DNA of 64,000 nt, taken from NCBI GenBank assembly GCA_050575255.1, contig JBNZDD010013549.1, positions 880,413 to 944,412 of the forward strand. Reading direction: 5' to 3'. Shown here in pieces: positions 26,894 to 41,800 of the stretch. The notes beneath the pieces were generated by a model that worked only from the letters and a program-made list of their open reading frames with translations, made no database searches and had not been told where the DNA came from. Source of the stretch: Harriotta raleighana. Lineage: Eukaryota. The position numbers and the translations under genes were made by a program. Position 1 is the first letter of the stretch; every line of letters starts with the position of its first letter.

Positions 26894-29800
26894 TGTATAT
26901 AAGGTAGCATATTGGTGTGTAACCTGCTCACTCAAAAGTTTTCAACATCAGTGCATCCTTGGCTATGGATTGTACAGAGGAGCTGAACAGTTCCGAGCTG
27001 TACAATACTAAACACAGCGTCACTTCTTGCTTTGAGAATAAATATAGTTCCTTCTGCTTATTGATTTATATTACGGTCCAAATGAGCAAGTCTGTCCTCT
27101 GAACCGCATTTATCTCTGTCTCCCAGCCCACACTGGGTAATTGTTACCCTGTAAGCAGTGCACTGAACAGCAGAGATAAGCACTGCTCACAAAATGTTTC
27201 TTTTTATCCGTTTGGAAATATGGTGGGGATTTTTTTTTTGACCCCCATCCCCATCCCCAAAAGGAAATTATCATGATGTCTCAATCGTGGGGAGGGAGGG
27301 GTCTGTTAAATAGTGTATGTGTTAGTGAGGGAAGCCATTTGAAGGCTCATGGCCAAATTGTACCACTATTAAATTACCTTAGGCCAATGTTACGCTCAAT
27401 AATAGGGTGTCTGATGTATTCCACCAGCTGCTCCATTAAAAAAAAATCGCCACCACGTTTAATCCTGTTTCTATGGAAACCATGCAGATTAAATGTGGTT
27501 TTCCATTTTCAATTAGAAAGATGCCCATCTGCAGTTGCCCTGTTTTTGGGGGGGTTCAAAGAGACACTATTTCACTGACTGCTGTCGTGGACCTAATCCA
27601 TCCAGCTTGCTCTCTGGGTAGCGCTCCTGATGTGACAGCCTGTTTGATCAGATTGCTTAGATGTTAGCAGTGTTTAAATTTAACCTTGGGGGAGGAGTGG
27701 GGGGTGGGGACGGTGGGGGGGAGTGGAGGGAGGAAGAGTTAGTGTGTGTTCTGATCAAAGCTGAATACAGCTTCGTACCATTTCTCATTAATGAGAAAGT
27801 GTTTCTTTACAATCAGCGTTGAGCCCATTTCCCTGGCCTATCTTTTTTTTAATATATCCTTAGAAATTTATCCTTCAATAGGATAAATTGATCCGGATAT
27901 GTGTAGGCTACACATTAACGTGTTCCTTGAATGTATTCAGTCATTCATTTTTGTCATTCATCAATTTATTTCGAACAAAACTCTTTATTTTAAGATGTTG
28001 GTATAGAAATATATTTTCAGGGGACATTCATAATTCATTCTATTTTCACGAGAGTAACATTAGTAGAGAACGTAAAGCTCCATTCAATACATTGCAGAAA
28101 ACAATTTGTTTTGCAATGTGATTTAATTTTTGGAGGGGACAGATGTCGCATATCTGTTTTAAAGTCTTGTGAAAAGATGCACCTTATGGTCCTTAATCTT
28201 GTGCTGCTTTTAACTGGAATAAACTGCTGATATTCATCACGCAGAGATGTCACAAAAGATGTGGCTCTCTTCTACCTGCCTGTACGGATAGGCACAAAAA
28301 TATGTTTTGTCATTTAGGCTCGCTGCATCCTTTTTCCCATCCCCCACACCCCCCCACCCCCCCTCCGCTGCTCAGTGATAAACTGTCCCATCCTCTCCTC
28401 CTCCATATGACAAGCAGGTCAAGGGCGAAACCTTGGGCAAGTTTCCTTTCTCCACACGCCTGATAATAATCCCTCGATAAAGGTAAACAATAAGACTTTG
28501 GTCATTTCAATCCACGGCTGTTTGTGGGACACTACTGTGCGGTTATTGGCTGCCGCGTTTCACCCATAACTCTACAGTCCATTCACTTTACAGCATATTC
28601 TGTGAAGCTCGTTGAGACATCTAGAAGGCGTGAAAAGCGCTATATCAAATATTATCCGTACTGTAGTAACATTTTTATATTTGCCTAGAGCCATTCCCAC
28701 AGAAGTCTCAAAGGCGCATCACAAAATGTGAACTGATAACTCACATTTACAATAACTACAACAAAATTACATTGACTGAAATGTCATTCAGTGGGGGTGT
28801 GGGGGGGAGGGAGAGGTGGGGGTGCAGAGGTTGATAGAATATTTACTGTTTGTACCATCCAATATGTATTTAGGAATATGTGAACTGTTTGTCCCACAGT
28901 AGGGAACTCTCCTTCACTGTATCGCAAGTCTCATTCATGGTAAGCTACAAGCAGAGATCGAAAAGGAAACTGTTTAGTTTAGTCTATGGTGAGCGTGTGA
29001 CTTTGTAATCTAACTGCCATGTGTGCATCTTTTTATAACCAGCAAATCAAACTGTTCAGACAGGGAGAGACAGAGGAATGAATGCATGTCGGTAGCGAGA
29101 TTCGGACGCTGAAGGGCTGCAGTAAAAAGCTGCCTTTCACCAGTCCTCATTTCGAATCTTTTAAGATACCCGAGGACATGGGACCACATATCTCAACCCC
29201 TATCTCGGGTTATGACTTTTAAGTGGTATTGACTTGCGTTCGCCAAAAAATTGCAAGACTAGAGCTCTTGTATTGTGTACACTGTGAATAGTATGGGTGA
29301 AAGTGGTTGTGGGGGGTGGGTGAGGGGGGGAGGTTGGGGTGTGTGAGGGCAGCAAAATATTGCTGGTAATTTTATCACTGTGTTCTGTGATGTTCAGTAC
29401 TTTTGTCTTTGAAGACAATGTGTGACCAGAACTGTTTCAAGACGTCCTCAGAACCCCACTGTTTGTCCGTGCTGTAAATCGCTGGTTGTCATGGTACCTG
29501 CTGCTTCGGGCCTAAGTGACATAAATAGTGTCTTTAGATTCCTTTATGACAAATTCTGGATTCTATTTTCTTCTTTAGAATTGGAAGACGTCCGCAGATC
29601 AGGGTGAAGAATATGAGGCTGAAGGTAAGAATGAACAATTTAAACCAATTTACAACAAAGTCTCTCTCCGAGCCTTTTGTTTTAATGGGATATGTTGGGA
29701 TATTTTAATGCCAGATTTAATACCACAAAATCTTTTAGAAGAATTCATAACAGATATGTCAACTGGATTAACCCCAGCAAGTCTACAATGACTCCCATTT

Positions 29801-32800
29801 CTGAGTGTTGAGTAACTCACTTTATAATTGCAATTACTTAATAATAATCCTTGCGTTTGATATAGCGTCTTTTATGTCAGAAGGACATCTCAGAGGACTC
29901 CACGGGACGTATTGTAAAGTGTAGTGACTGTATTTTGTAGGTAAGCAGGGAAGCAAATGGACACACTACAATGTCCCACAAATGATTGTGTCGTAAATGA
30001 TTCATTTTATCCTGGGGAATTTTAGGGGGGGCAGTACACTGGGAGAAACTCGCTTCACTTTACGAATTGTTTTCACTGGGATCTTTCATGTCTACCTCAG
30101 CAGGCAGAAGGGCCTCAGTGTAACGATTCATTCAAAGCATAGACTTCTGCTTAACATCTCGCCCGAAAGATGGAAACTCCCAACACACTGCGCTGGAGTG
30201 TCGACATCCACTGTGAGTTCAAAGTCCCAATGTGGGAATTGAACCCGAATCCTAACTCCGAGGTTGCAATGATACCAGGCTGACAGATTGTTATGCGGTG
30301 GTTACGTTGGCATGCAACTTATGTTAATGACGGTTCGTGAAGATCCACTGGCTCCAATCCTAAAGGCTGGCCTTCACTTACTAATGAGGGAACTCGTGTT
30401 TTTCCAGGACAGTTGCGGTTTTGGAACCCCGATGATTTAAACTCTTGCCAGAGCATGTTCAGTGCTGACCCAGACTGGATCGAGGAACGTCTTCAGGCCG
30501 TTTGTGAGGAGCTGGGTGTCACCAGAGACGATTATCTGAGCAGGAAAGAGCTGATTGCCATCTGTGACCAAGTGGGGTTGCAGAATGTTGACACTGAGGT
30601 AAGAATACATCAGAGTGTGTGTGTAAAAAAAAAAAAAAAAAAAATGTTTTAAGGAAATTCCTCTGATTTTCTGTACAGAAAGAAATAATATCCTTATTTT
30701 ACACTTTTAATAATGATACTAATAATCCTTGCATTTGCTACAGCACTTTTCACATCTTCTAGACGTCTCAAAGCTCTTCACAGAATACACTGTAAAGTGA
30801 ATTGACGGTATATTTGTGGTTGAAACGCGGCGGCCAATTGTGCACAGCAGCGTCCCACAAACAGTCGTGGATTAAAAATGCTCAATTTATCATAGTTTTT
30901 TTTTGTCGGATTATTATTAGGCGTGTGGAGTAAGGAAACTTGCCCAAGGTTTCGCCCTGAGCTGCCTGGATTCGAAACACAGATCTCTAGCCACTGAGCC
31001 ACATTATTGTACTCTACCCCTGAATTGTTTTGACCTGATTAGCAAGTTGGCTTTGATTTATTCCCCACTTACTCTCCTTTGGCCAAGAAAATGTTCGGTT
31101 CCCAGACCTCTAATCTGTGCTGGGTGACTGAGGTCCTTTTTTGGTTCTGTGCTTGGAGTTTTATTAATTTTTTAAAATGCAAAATGTTTCCCATTTTGCT
31201 AATGCTCCACCGAGGGAAAATCTGAGATACTGTAAAGTGCACCATGAACAATCAACTTGGATTTGTGACTGTCTATGGATTCTCCAGCTCAGTGAATTTC
31301 CTCGCCAATGTTGTGTGTGGGCGTGCACATCAAATTGAGGTGTGGTTGTGTTGGCTCCAGGCATCGTATTCAACTGTATTAAAACTGTACGTATACAGTA
31401 CTTGGGTCATGTGTGAATTTAGCTACAATCTGCTGAGCTGCAATAAGAGATTTCAGTGCGCTGACAATGCAGATATGCTGCAGCTATAATAATTCTCCCA
31501 GTGGAATCTCTGTGTGTACACATATATACTGTATATATATGTATATATATATCACAGAATTGCTTGATCTGAACACTGCTCCATTGTTTTGGATGCTATT
31601 CCTGTTGTTTTGGAACACTTTACCTTACCATTGCCCTCCGTGAAGATTTTCTAGTTGTGAGGATGTGAGAGCTGACGACTTAATGAGTAGATTTAGATAC
31701 CGATTTAACCTCACTCTGGTTAGCTAAGATGTGAGGAGCTGGTCATATGACATCATATGATCAAGCGGATCCATTTTGAAAACCTTCTAAACTCAATTTC
31801 CAACAATCCTTCACAGGTATTGTACTGGAGAGCAAAACAACCCCTCCCCCCCACCCCAAATTAAAACAGAAATTGCTGGAAATGTGTTGCAGGTTGATCA
31901 GCATGAGAAAGAAACTGCTAGGTTACTGCTGGCTTTGACCTACACTGTGATTCCAGTGCTCACTAATTTTATTTTGCCAGAATTCACAGTACAGTATATT
32001 GTTTCTCTTTTTTATTAACCCAGCCATCCCTTTTTGAGGTAGATGAAATGAAGCTCAAACCAGCTCCCGTTGCCTTCGCCTCACCGGGTCTGGCCTCCTC
32101 CATGTCCCCCGAACCCTCCGCTCCTCCCTCGGCGGCCATGCCTTCAGCCACTACTCCCCGAGGCTCTGGAACTCCCTTCCTCGCTCCCTCCGCCTCGCCC
32201 CCTCTTTTTCCAGCTTCAAGTCTCAGCTAAAGATCTTTCTCTTAGACCGCGCCTTTGGTCACCTTTCTACTCCTGCCCCTGGCTCGGACCCGGGATCCAC
32301 TATTGTGAAGCGTTCTGAGACACCGTCCTGCGTGGAGGGCACTATATAAATCAATGTTGTTGTTGATGTGTTATAATAACAATACAAACATAGGAAATTC
32401 TAGACTAAAAAAGGCCAAGGTCCATCTATTCCGCCTTCCACCTTACTGCTGGTCGCATGCACATATGTCTCAAACTCCCTATATACTACTGTATATAGGT
32501 ACACATTATAATCCTTTAATTATGCATTGCACGAACAACTCTGAGCACGAATAAGTGTTTCACTTAGTTTTGCTGAAATACAGTGAGTGACTGTGTATTT
32601 CTAGGTGATCGGGCAGCACAGTAATTTCTACTGTGACATCAATTTATTTTGCTCTACGGTTTATTCCTCACGTGAAGGAGGGTCATTTTATACCGTTGCT
32701 CTCTGACTAGCATTTTCTGTTCCCTCTGCACTTTAGATCTGCATTTATAAAAGGAGAATTGAAAGTACTCTCCCATTAGAGCGAGTGAACCATCCACAGT

Positions 32801-35800
32801 ATGTTAGAAAGCTCCACGGCTTCAAAAATCAATTTGTTTAGGCATCATCCCAATGAATGGCTGATTGTTCACTCAATCTCTCAAGGTTATGCCTTAACGA
32901 TCTCTAAATTTTGCTAGAGTATTAATGTCATCTTCTTTTGAAATGCGTTCTCAATTCAGTTGAATTCTTCTCCCTCAATATTTTTTTTAAAAAAATGAAC
33001 GAATGCTCTTTTGTGAAATACCGTTAATTTTCACAATGAATTCATCTCGTCTAGATTATGATATTGTAAATATCAAGTTAGAATAAATGGATGGGAGGGG
33101 GAGGGGGTAAGGGGAGACACATAGCTTTCAATTCTCATTCTCTGCAACACTCCCTTTGAATGCAATTCAAAAATAGCTTTCAGCTACTGAATAATCTTTG
33201 CGTTCAGGTAGAAGCCGGTAATGACACTGACAGTGTGTGTGCAGCCAAACATCTAGACACTGTCAGACATCCAGGACTGAAAGGAGAATGAGGGATTTAG
33301 ATAAATCTTTGCAAATGCAGAATCTAGTTCTTCAGCACTCCGAGGAGACAGTGGTGGTTTAATTCACATTATTTACAAGGATTCTTAGTTGTGTTGTCAG
33401 CACTACCTTCAGATCTCTATGCTCAAGATAATAATAATCCTTGCATTTGATATCGTGCTTTTCACGTCTTCTAGACGTTTCAAAGGGCTTCACAGAATAT
33501 GCTGTAAAGTGAACTGACTGTATATTTACGAGCGAAACGCGCAGCCAATCGCGTACAGCCATGTGTCCCACAAACAGTCATGGCCAATTTTTTTGAGGGA
33601 TTATTATTAGGCGTGCGGAGTAAGGAAACTTGTCCAAGGTTTCGCCCTGTCCTGGAATTGAACTCAGGTCTCTCGCATGTAAGGCGAGTGCTCTAACCAG
33701 TGAGCTATAGGACTCCACGCAAAAGTCAGGGATAGGGGAAAGAGGGAATTATCTGAATACCTGACTGATCATTATTCAGTGTCTCTTGCTGGAGGCTGTG
33801 TCAGTGTGTCAGTGATATTAGGGATGTACAGAGTTGCTAACACTCAAGCCCATCAGAGTGAAGAACAAGGTCCTGGAAAGCTGCTGTCATCTGTGGAATG
33901 GAACCTCAACATTTTGACTCTTTTGAACCTTCAGAGGAGGAGAAAAATGCAAAATGCAACTGAAAAGCTGTTGCTCACAGTTCAATGCGTTTGTTCTCTT
34001 CATTGCAACTGATTAACTCCCTCTGGTGGTTAGCTGCGGAGGCTGAGCTAATATTTTTATGCACCGTATGTCCGTCCGCTCGATACCCACACAAGTTGTT
34101 TCATTGAAGGTAACTGGCAATGCTAATGATAATATTGCCTGGCTCTCATAGCTGCTTGAGGTGAATCATTGCATATGGAAACATTTCTGATTCATTGGGT
34201 ATGAAACGGACGCACACTAACACCGGGTAATAAAAATAATAATAATAATCCTTGCATTTGATAGCGCACTTCACATCTTCTACATGTCTCAAAGCCCAGG
34301 ATACAAGAAACACAATGTACTGCAAAGTGAATTGACTGTATATTTATGGATGAAACTCGGCAACCGATTGCACACACAGCAGTGTCCCCACAAACAGTCA
34401 TGGATTGAAATGACCAAGTTATTCTAGTTTTTTTTTGGGGGGGACGGATTATTATTAGACGTGTGGAGTTAGGACACTCGCCCAAGGTTTTGCCCTGACC
34501 TGCCTGCATTCGAACACAGGTCTCTCGTGTGTAAGGCGAGTGCTCTAACCACTGAGCTACAAGACTTGTTCCTTTTTGTAGGCTAAGCCCAAGTTTTTAA
34601 TTACAAAATGCTCACTTCTATGTTATAGGTTCTTGAAGAGCTGGTTCGGAAACAAGAACAAGATGGCTTGATGACTGTAGAGGACTTCTTATATGGTCTC
34701 TTTAAAAATGGACAATCAGCTCCTGCCTCTGCTTCCACTCCTTACAGGCAACTAAAGAGACATCACTCCTTACAGGTAATTAGAGGGACTTACCTCCTTA
34801 CAGGTCATTTATCTTAATAAGCCTGCATTCTGTTATCCTACACACAGGTGATTTTGTTGTTGGTATTGACAGAAAGTCAGCAAGCCCAGGATACAAGAAA
34901 CAAAATGGAGTTTTAAACAAAAACGTATTTACTGTACAATATTCTAGCGCTAAAATGATTGCCTCTACTGTTGAACGGACTGATAGGTAAATCAGCAGTG
35001 ATGAGTTTCCTGCTGGCTTGTATATCTCAGTTCCAAACCACATACTACCTCCCTGAACAATCATGGGGTCAATGATTATTGTTGACCTCTGCCCGCCTTC
35101 TAAGTTTATGTGTTTTCGGATGTTGCCTGAATGTCCTCCTCCAACCTTCTCCCCTCCGGTGAGCCAAAGAGAAAGGCATCAATCAGGCTGACCACAACAA
35201 CTCCATTCATAGATCTCAGTTGACTGTGAGGGTTGGGTAGGTCTGACTGATTTGTACTAATACAGACTACTGTACGTAATAAGATGAGTAACTCATCACT
35301 CAGTCTGTGCCTCCACTGGATGGCGCTTTCGAGTTGGTGGGCGTCAATTGTGTGGGAATCCTGAAGGGAAAATAAACGTCACACTTCAAGGGTTTGTGGC
35401 CGCTGATTTGCTCCCTCGATGTCTCAGCATCTCCCTCCCCCCTGCCCCCCACCCCCAAGCTCTCCAGATGTCCTGTTGTTAAGTTACACACTTCATTGGT
35501 TTGTTTTGCTTGAGATGAACCACGAGGTCACCTTGATGATGTACTGATTTCCCTCTCCTCTATATTAGCCCTTTGATGAAAGTGGTCGCCGCACAGCTAC
35601 TCCATCTGCCATGACTGGTACAATTGGACTCCGTCTCTTCTCCTGTCTGGATGACGGGACAGGTTACACCTCGGCCGATCAGATCCTCGACGCCTGGCAG
35701 GAGGGGGGGATTGAGAACGGCCTTGAAATTTTAAAGGTATATATATATATATATATATAAAAAAACACACACAATCGTTTTTTTTTCAGTCAGTTTAAAT

Positions 35801-38800
35801 TAATCAGCCTCCATTTTAGCTTGGATTTCCACCGACAAAGTGCTCAGGTGTGGGCCCCGTGGCCACCTCGTGTTCAGCGTTTTCCTTGTAAGATGCCTAA
35901 CTCGCTTTGGTTACCGTTTCCAGACCTTGGATTTTGGTCCCGATGGCAAGGTGAACCTGACTGAACTCACGCTGGCTTTGGAGAACGAGTTGCTGATAAC
36001 CAAGAATGGAATCCACCAAGCGGTACTTGCCAGCTTCAAACATGAGATTCGACATTTAGTGTAAGTCGATTGTTTCTTCAGTTGTTTTAATTTGAGAAAC
36101 GAGACCAAGCCGTGCACAGATTCTGGTTCATAAGTTGCTTGTGAACTTATTATTATTATTAACTTATACCCAGTGCCTTGGGACGTCCTTCCCGACGTGA
36201 AAGGAGCTAAACAAACGTGTACATCTACTGTATTACGATTTATATAATACAACTAGTGCAAAGAAATCTAAGGGTTTGTTTTGTAATAAACTGAATAGGA
36301 CTTGGGTGCATGTATACTGTAGAATTATATGATTTCTCAAGCTATAACTCATACTTTACCTTCAATAATTATTGTAAAGAAATGATCCCTTCTGCAGCCA
36401 CAGATTAATTCCTTTAATAATGTTGTTCTAAAATCCAATATTTGCACTGATATTTTACGATTCAAGTTGAATGTATGGTGATACAACCAAACACTATGAA
36501 AAGCAATCATGTTTATCTTTCAGGGAATGGGTAGACCAGGTTTTAAGAGAAAAGGAGAAACTCCACACAGACTTGGATAAAGCAGATAGGTTGAAAAACC
36601 TGATGGCCTCTGAAGTAGATGATCATCATGCAGCTATTGAACGACTCAATGAGTGCAATCTCCGGTATTTGACAATCTATGACGCCTTGATTTGTATTCC
36701 AGTCTTACCTTGATCTCAAGGACTTTGCTGTAGATTTTTCGACTTGTGTCAAACCTGTCTATTGTGCAAATGGATATCTTGGCTGGAAGTTTGGCTTCAA
36801 GGGGAATTGGTTTTGAATGCCCTCCTGTGTCTTGCTGCTGAACACAAGTTTGTGCTGAAATTCTCTTCACTGGTTCTCTTCACTGGTTAGCCATGTGATT
36901 AAGGAAGAGAAAGAACTTAATTCATTGCATGTGGGAGGAGTGAAGATAAGGGGCAACTTACTGAGCACAATACACTTAGTCAATTGCTTAACATCGCAGC
37001 TACGTTCGCGAAAGGTGTGACTATAAGCGAAATGACGTTAAGCGAACCCGTGCAAGAATACCAGACGTTCAGCGTCTATGTACGCCTACGCTACCCAAAG
37101 TAGTTTATTTCCACCCCGCGCGAACTAGGTAATAGCGAACGTTTGCAACATTAGATGANCAGGTGATTTTGTTGTTGGTATTGACAGAAAGTCAGCAAGC
37201 CCAGGATACAAGAAACAAAATGGAGTTTTAAACAAAAACGTATTTACTGTACAATATTCTAGCGCTAAAATGATTGCCTCTACTGTTGAACGGACTGATA
37301 GGTAAATCAGCAGTGATGAGTTTCCTGCTGGCTTGTATATCTCAGTTCCAAACCACATACTACCTCCCTGAACAATCATGGGGTCAATGATTATTGTTGA
37401 CCTCTGCCCGCCTTCTAAGTTTATGTGTTTTCGGATGTTGCCTGAATGTCCTCCTCCAACCTTCTCCCCTCCGGTGAGCCAAAGAGAAAGGCATCAATCA
37501 GGCTGACCACAACAACTCCATTCATAGATCTCAGTTGACTGTGAGGGTTGGGTAGGTCTGACTGATTTGTACTAATACAGACTACTGTACGTAATAAGAT
37601 GAGTAACTCATCACTCAGTCTGTGCCTCCACTGGATGGCGCTTTCGAGTTGGTGGGCGTCAATTGTGTGGGAATCCTGAAGGGAAAATAAACGTCACACT
37701 TCAAGGGTTTGTGGCCGCTGATTTGCTCCCTCGATGTCTCAGCATCTCCCTCCCCCCTGCCCCCCACCCCCAAGCTCTCCAGATGTCCTGTTGTTAAGTT
37801 ACACACTTCATTGGTTTGTTTTGCTTGAGATGAACCACGAGGTCACCTTGATGATGTACTGATTTCCCTCTCCTCTATATTAGCCCTTTGATGAAAGTGG
37901 TCGCCGCACAGCTACTCCATCTGCCATGACTGGTACAATTGGACTCCGTCTCTTCTCCTGTCTGGATGACGGGACAGGTTACACCTCGGCCGATCAGATC
38001 CTCGACGCCTGGCAGGAGGGGGGGATTGAGAACGGCCTTGAAATTTTAAAGGTATATATATATATATATATATAAAAAAACACACACAATCGTTTTTTTT
38101 TCAGTCAGTTTAAATTAATCAGCCTCCATTTTAGCTTGGATTTCCACCGACAAAGTGCTCAGGTGTGGGCCCCGTGGCCACCTCGTGTTCAGCGTTTTCC
38201 TTGTAAGATGCCTAACTCGCTTTGGTTACCGTTTCCAGACCTTGGATTTTGGTCCCGATGGCAAGGTGAACCTGACTGAACTCACGCTGGCTTTGGAGAA
38301 CGAGTTGCTGATAACCAAGAATGGAATCCACCAAGCGGTACTTGCCAGCTTCAAACATGAGATTCGACATTTAGTGTAAGTCGATTGTTTCTTCAGTTGT
38401 TTTAATTTGAGAAACGAGACCAAGCCGTGCACAGATTCTGGTTCATAAGTTGCTTGTGAACTTATTATTATTATTAACTTATACCCAGTGCCTTGGGACG
38501 TCCTTCCCGACGTGAAAGGAGCTAAACAAACGTGTACATCTACTGTATTACGATTTATATAATACAACTAGTGCAAAGAAATCTAAGGGTTTGTTTTGTA
38601 ATAAACTGAATAGGACTTGGGTGCATGTATACTGTAGAATTATATGATTTCTCAAGCTATAACTCATACTTTACCTTCAATAATTATTGTAAAGAAATGA
38701 TCCCTTCTGCAGCCACAGATTAATTCCTTTAATAATGTTGTTCTAAAATCCAATATTTGCACTGATATTTTACGATTCAAGTTGAATGTATGGTGATACA

Positions 38801-41800
38801 ACCAAACACTATGAAAAGCAATCATGTTTATCTTTCAGGGAATGGGTAGACCAGGTTTTAAGAGAAAAGGAGAAACTCCACACAGACTTGGATAAAGCAG
38901 ATAGGTTGAAAAACCTGATGGCCTCTGAAGTAGATGATCATCATGCAGCTATTGAACGACTCAATGAGTGCAATCTCCGGTATTTGACAATCTATGACGC
39001 CTTGATTTGTATTCCAGTCTTACCTTGATCTCAAGGACTTTGCTGTAGATTTTTCGACTTGTGTCAAACCTGTCTATTGTGCAAATGGATATCTTGGCTG
39101 GAAGTTTGGCTTCAAGGGGAATTGGTTTTGAATGCCCTCCTGTGTCTTGCTGCTGAACACAAGTTTGTGCTGAAATTCTCTTCACTGGTTCTCTTCACTG
39201 GTTAGCCATGTGATTAAGGAAGAGAAAGAACTTAATTCATTGCATGTGGGAGGAGTGAAGATAAGGGGCAACTTACTGAGCACAATACACTTAGTCAATT
39301 GCTTAACATCGCAGCTACGTTCGCGAAAGGTGTGACTATAAGCGAAATGACGTTAAGCGAACCCGTGCAAGAATACCAGACGTTCAGCGTCTATGTACGC
39401 CTACGCTACCCAAAGTAGTTTATTTCCACCCCGCGCGAACTAGGTAATAGCGAACGTTTGCAACATTAGATGAATATATGTTCTCTGTGTATCAGCAATG
39501 TAATAATGAAACAACGTTAACCAAAGCAAAGTTAAGCGAGGTTCCACCGTAGTTCAAGGGAAAGCTGAGAGTGAGTGTCCTCCGGAAACAATTCAAGATA
39601 ATTACTCCAAAACTAGCTGCTTATTTGAATAAAATAATCACTATATTTCTAAAGCGTTTTGAGCACAGTTGAGTGGCCGTGGGTGGGCAATGCTGATTCC
39701 ACAATAGGTGCTTGAAGCTTGGCCAACGAAATGCAAGATGCTGCTAACTGTTTCAGTGAAGTGTGTACATTTCTCTTGGGATAATCAAATAATGAGCATT
39801 ATTGGAGCATCAGAGAACATAAAGAAAAGGGTGAGATGAGCTATATACAGTGTACTCAATTATAGATTCTTCCACATCTCAGCTCCCCACCCCCATCACC
39901 ACCCACCCCCCAGGAAAGGTTCTCACACTCCTAAAATCATAATTGGGGGAAAAAAATTGGGCCGTTCCTTCAGTGGAAGACATTGTTCATGACTCAGCCG
40001 ATGTTTGCTTTACAGGAAGCTGGAACAGGAGCACAGGGAGCGTCTCGCGGCCTTGAAGGCAGATCTAACCAAAGAAAAAGACCTGATTCTGCAGCAGGCC
40101 AGCAGGCAAAATAGCGAGCTGGAGAAGGAGATCGAGAAAGTGAAAGCGGAGGAATCGTACCTCAGAGATCGACTTGCACTGTCTTTGAAGGTGAGAGCTG
40201 AGCTCTTTTATTCTATTTTTGTTTCTAACTGACAAAGAAAGGAGAGACTGTTGGCATTTGTACAAAGCTTTGGCTGTGGGTCAGACAAGAACGTGCTCCT
40301 TTCAAGTAAAGCCAACAGTTGAACATTGCTCTTTGAATTGAATTCGAGATGAATTACTGTACAGAGTAATGCTGACTCCAATTCCAGACCATGTTTATAT
40401 GTCTTTTGTAGTTAACTCAATGTCAAATCACTGTAAGCAATTATATCCTGCTGTAGTTTTGCTGCATCAATTTGACATTGATAGAATGAAAAATATAGCA
40501 ATGAGTAGACATCAAACTTCCTGGGTTTTATTATGATCATTATTATTATTTTACTTTCAAATACTGCGCGAAATGAATTCTGGACAGTCGTGAGGTTGCC
40601 TAAACTTTCAATATCATTATCAAAGGAAAACAGTCGTCTGGAAAGAGAACTTTTGGAAAATGGAGAGAAACTGGTGGGGTTTGAGAACCAAGCTAAGAAA
40701 CTGCAAAAGAACCTGGACAATATTCTGAAGGAGAAGGTAGCTTTTTTTTGTTGAAATAATGCAAATATGTATTGGTCGTCCGTGTTGGGGCTTGTGGTCT
40801 GAGCAGCTTTGGTACTTTTAACAAAACTGTTTGTGAAGTTGAGCCCCCTATACAAACAAACAACTAGATGGATTCAAAATATGTTACATCTGTTCCCATC
40901 CACTCTTACAGTTTGGAGACCTTGATCCAACGAGCGCTGAATTTTTCTTGCACGAGGAGCGATTTTCACGGATGAGAAAGGAATATGAGCAACAGTGCAG
41001 GGTAAGTGAATCCACTACGGCATGTAAATAATGGGAAAATAAATCTACTGTGTGATGGAAAAATAAATGGAGTTGTTCACGTTTAGCTACAGCGTTCTCA
41101 GCAAGTTGCAGTTTAAAGTTGCTGAGTTTCAGCTGCCCTGAAGAACGTGGGCAAATATCCAGCAACCTTTTGGACAAGTGTTTCAACGAATGGGACTCAA
41201 ATCCAGCCAAGAAAGTGACAACTCATTCCACTTCGTGTTTGAGGACAATTTCTTTATGTGGAAGTGGAATTTTTATAGTCTACGTTACAAAGAGCAACTG
41301 CCTGGAATGCTCAGGAACCTCCTCAGCATGATTTAGTGTGAGAGAAATTAATTCAAGTTATGGCCATCTAAAACCGGGAAGGTTGAGTAAATATTAATCT
41401 TTTCCTGTCCAAGAATTTCTTCTTCTTCTTCTAAAAAAAAGCCTTGTTTCATAATCGTTCTGCATCTTTTAGACAAGAAACAACGAGAAGGTTGTTTCAC
41501 AGTGTCTGACTAGCGTTTGCAAAAGCAACTTATCCAGCGTTGAACGAAGATGAGGTCTTATCTGTCATTTTGAAACCCTCCTGGTTCATTGCAGAAGTTG
41601 GTTGAAAAGTGACTGCACTTGAATCAAATGTCGATGGGTTTGCAAGGCCCATGTAGCTCCCAGATGATAAGGGTGGGAATGCAATGCACTCGTTTATAAG
41701 AGGATTAAGATACGGACAAGAACCCAACTTGTTATACCATTATCAGGTAAAGTCGATTATTTTGTCTGGATGGGAGTGTGCTCACTGCTTTGAATCTCTT

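Larger units (their letters stand above)
34845..39473 (+). repeat. Tandem duplication of 2314 bp (34845-37158 and 37160-39473) separated by one N
   Basis: Identical ORFs at constant offset 2315; the junction is the N at 37159. Confidence 0.95.
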
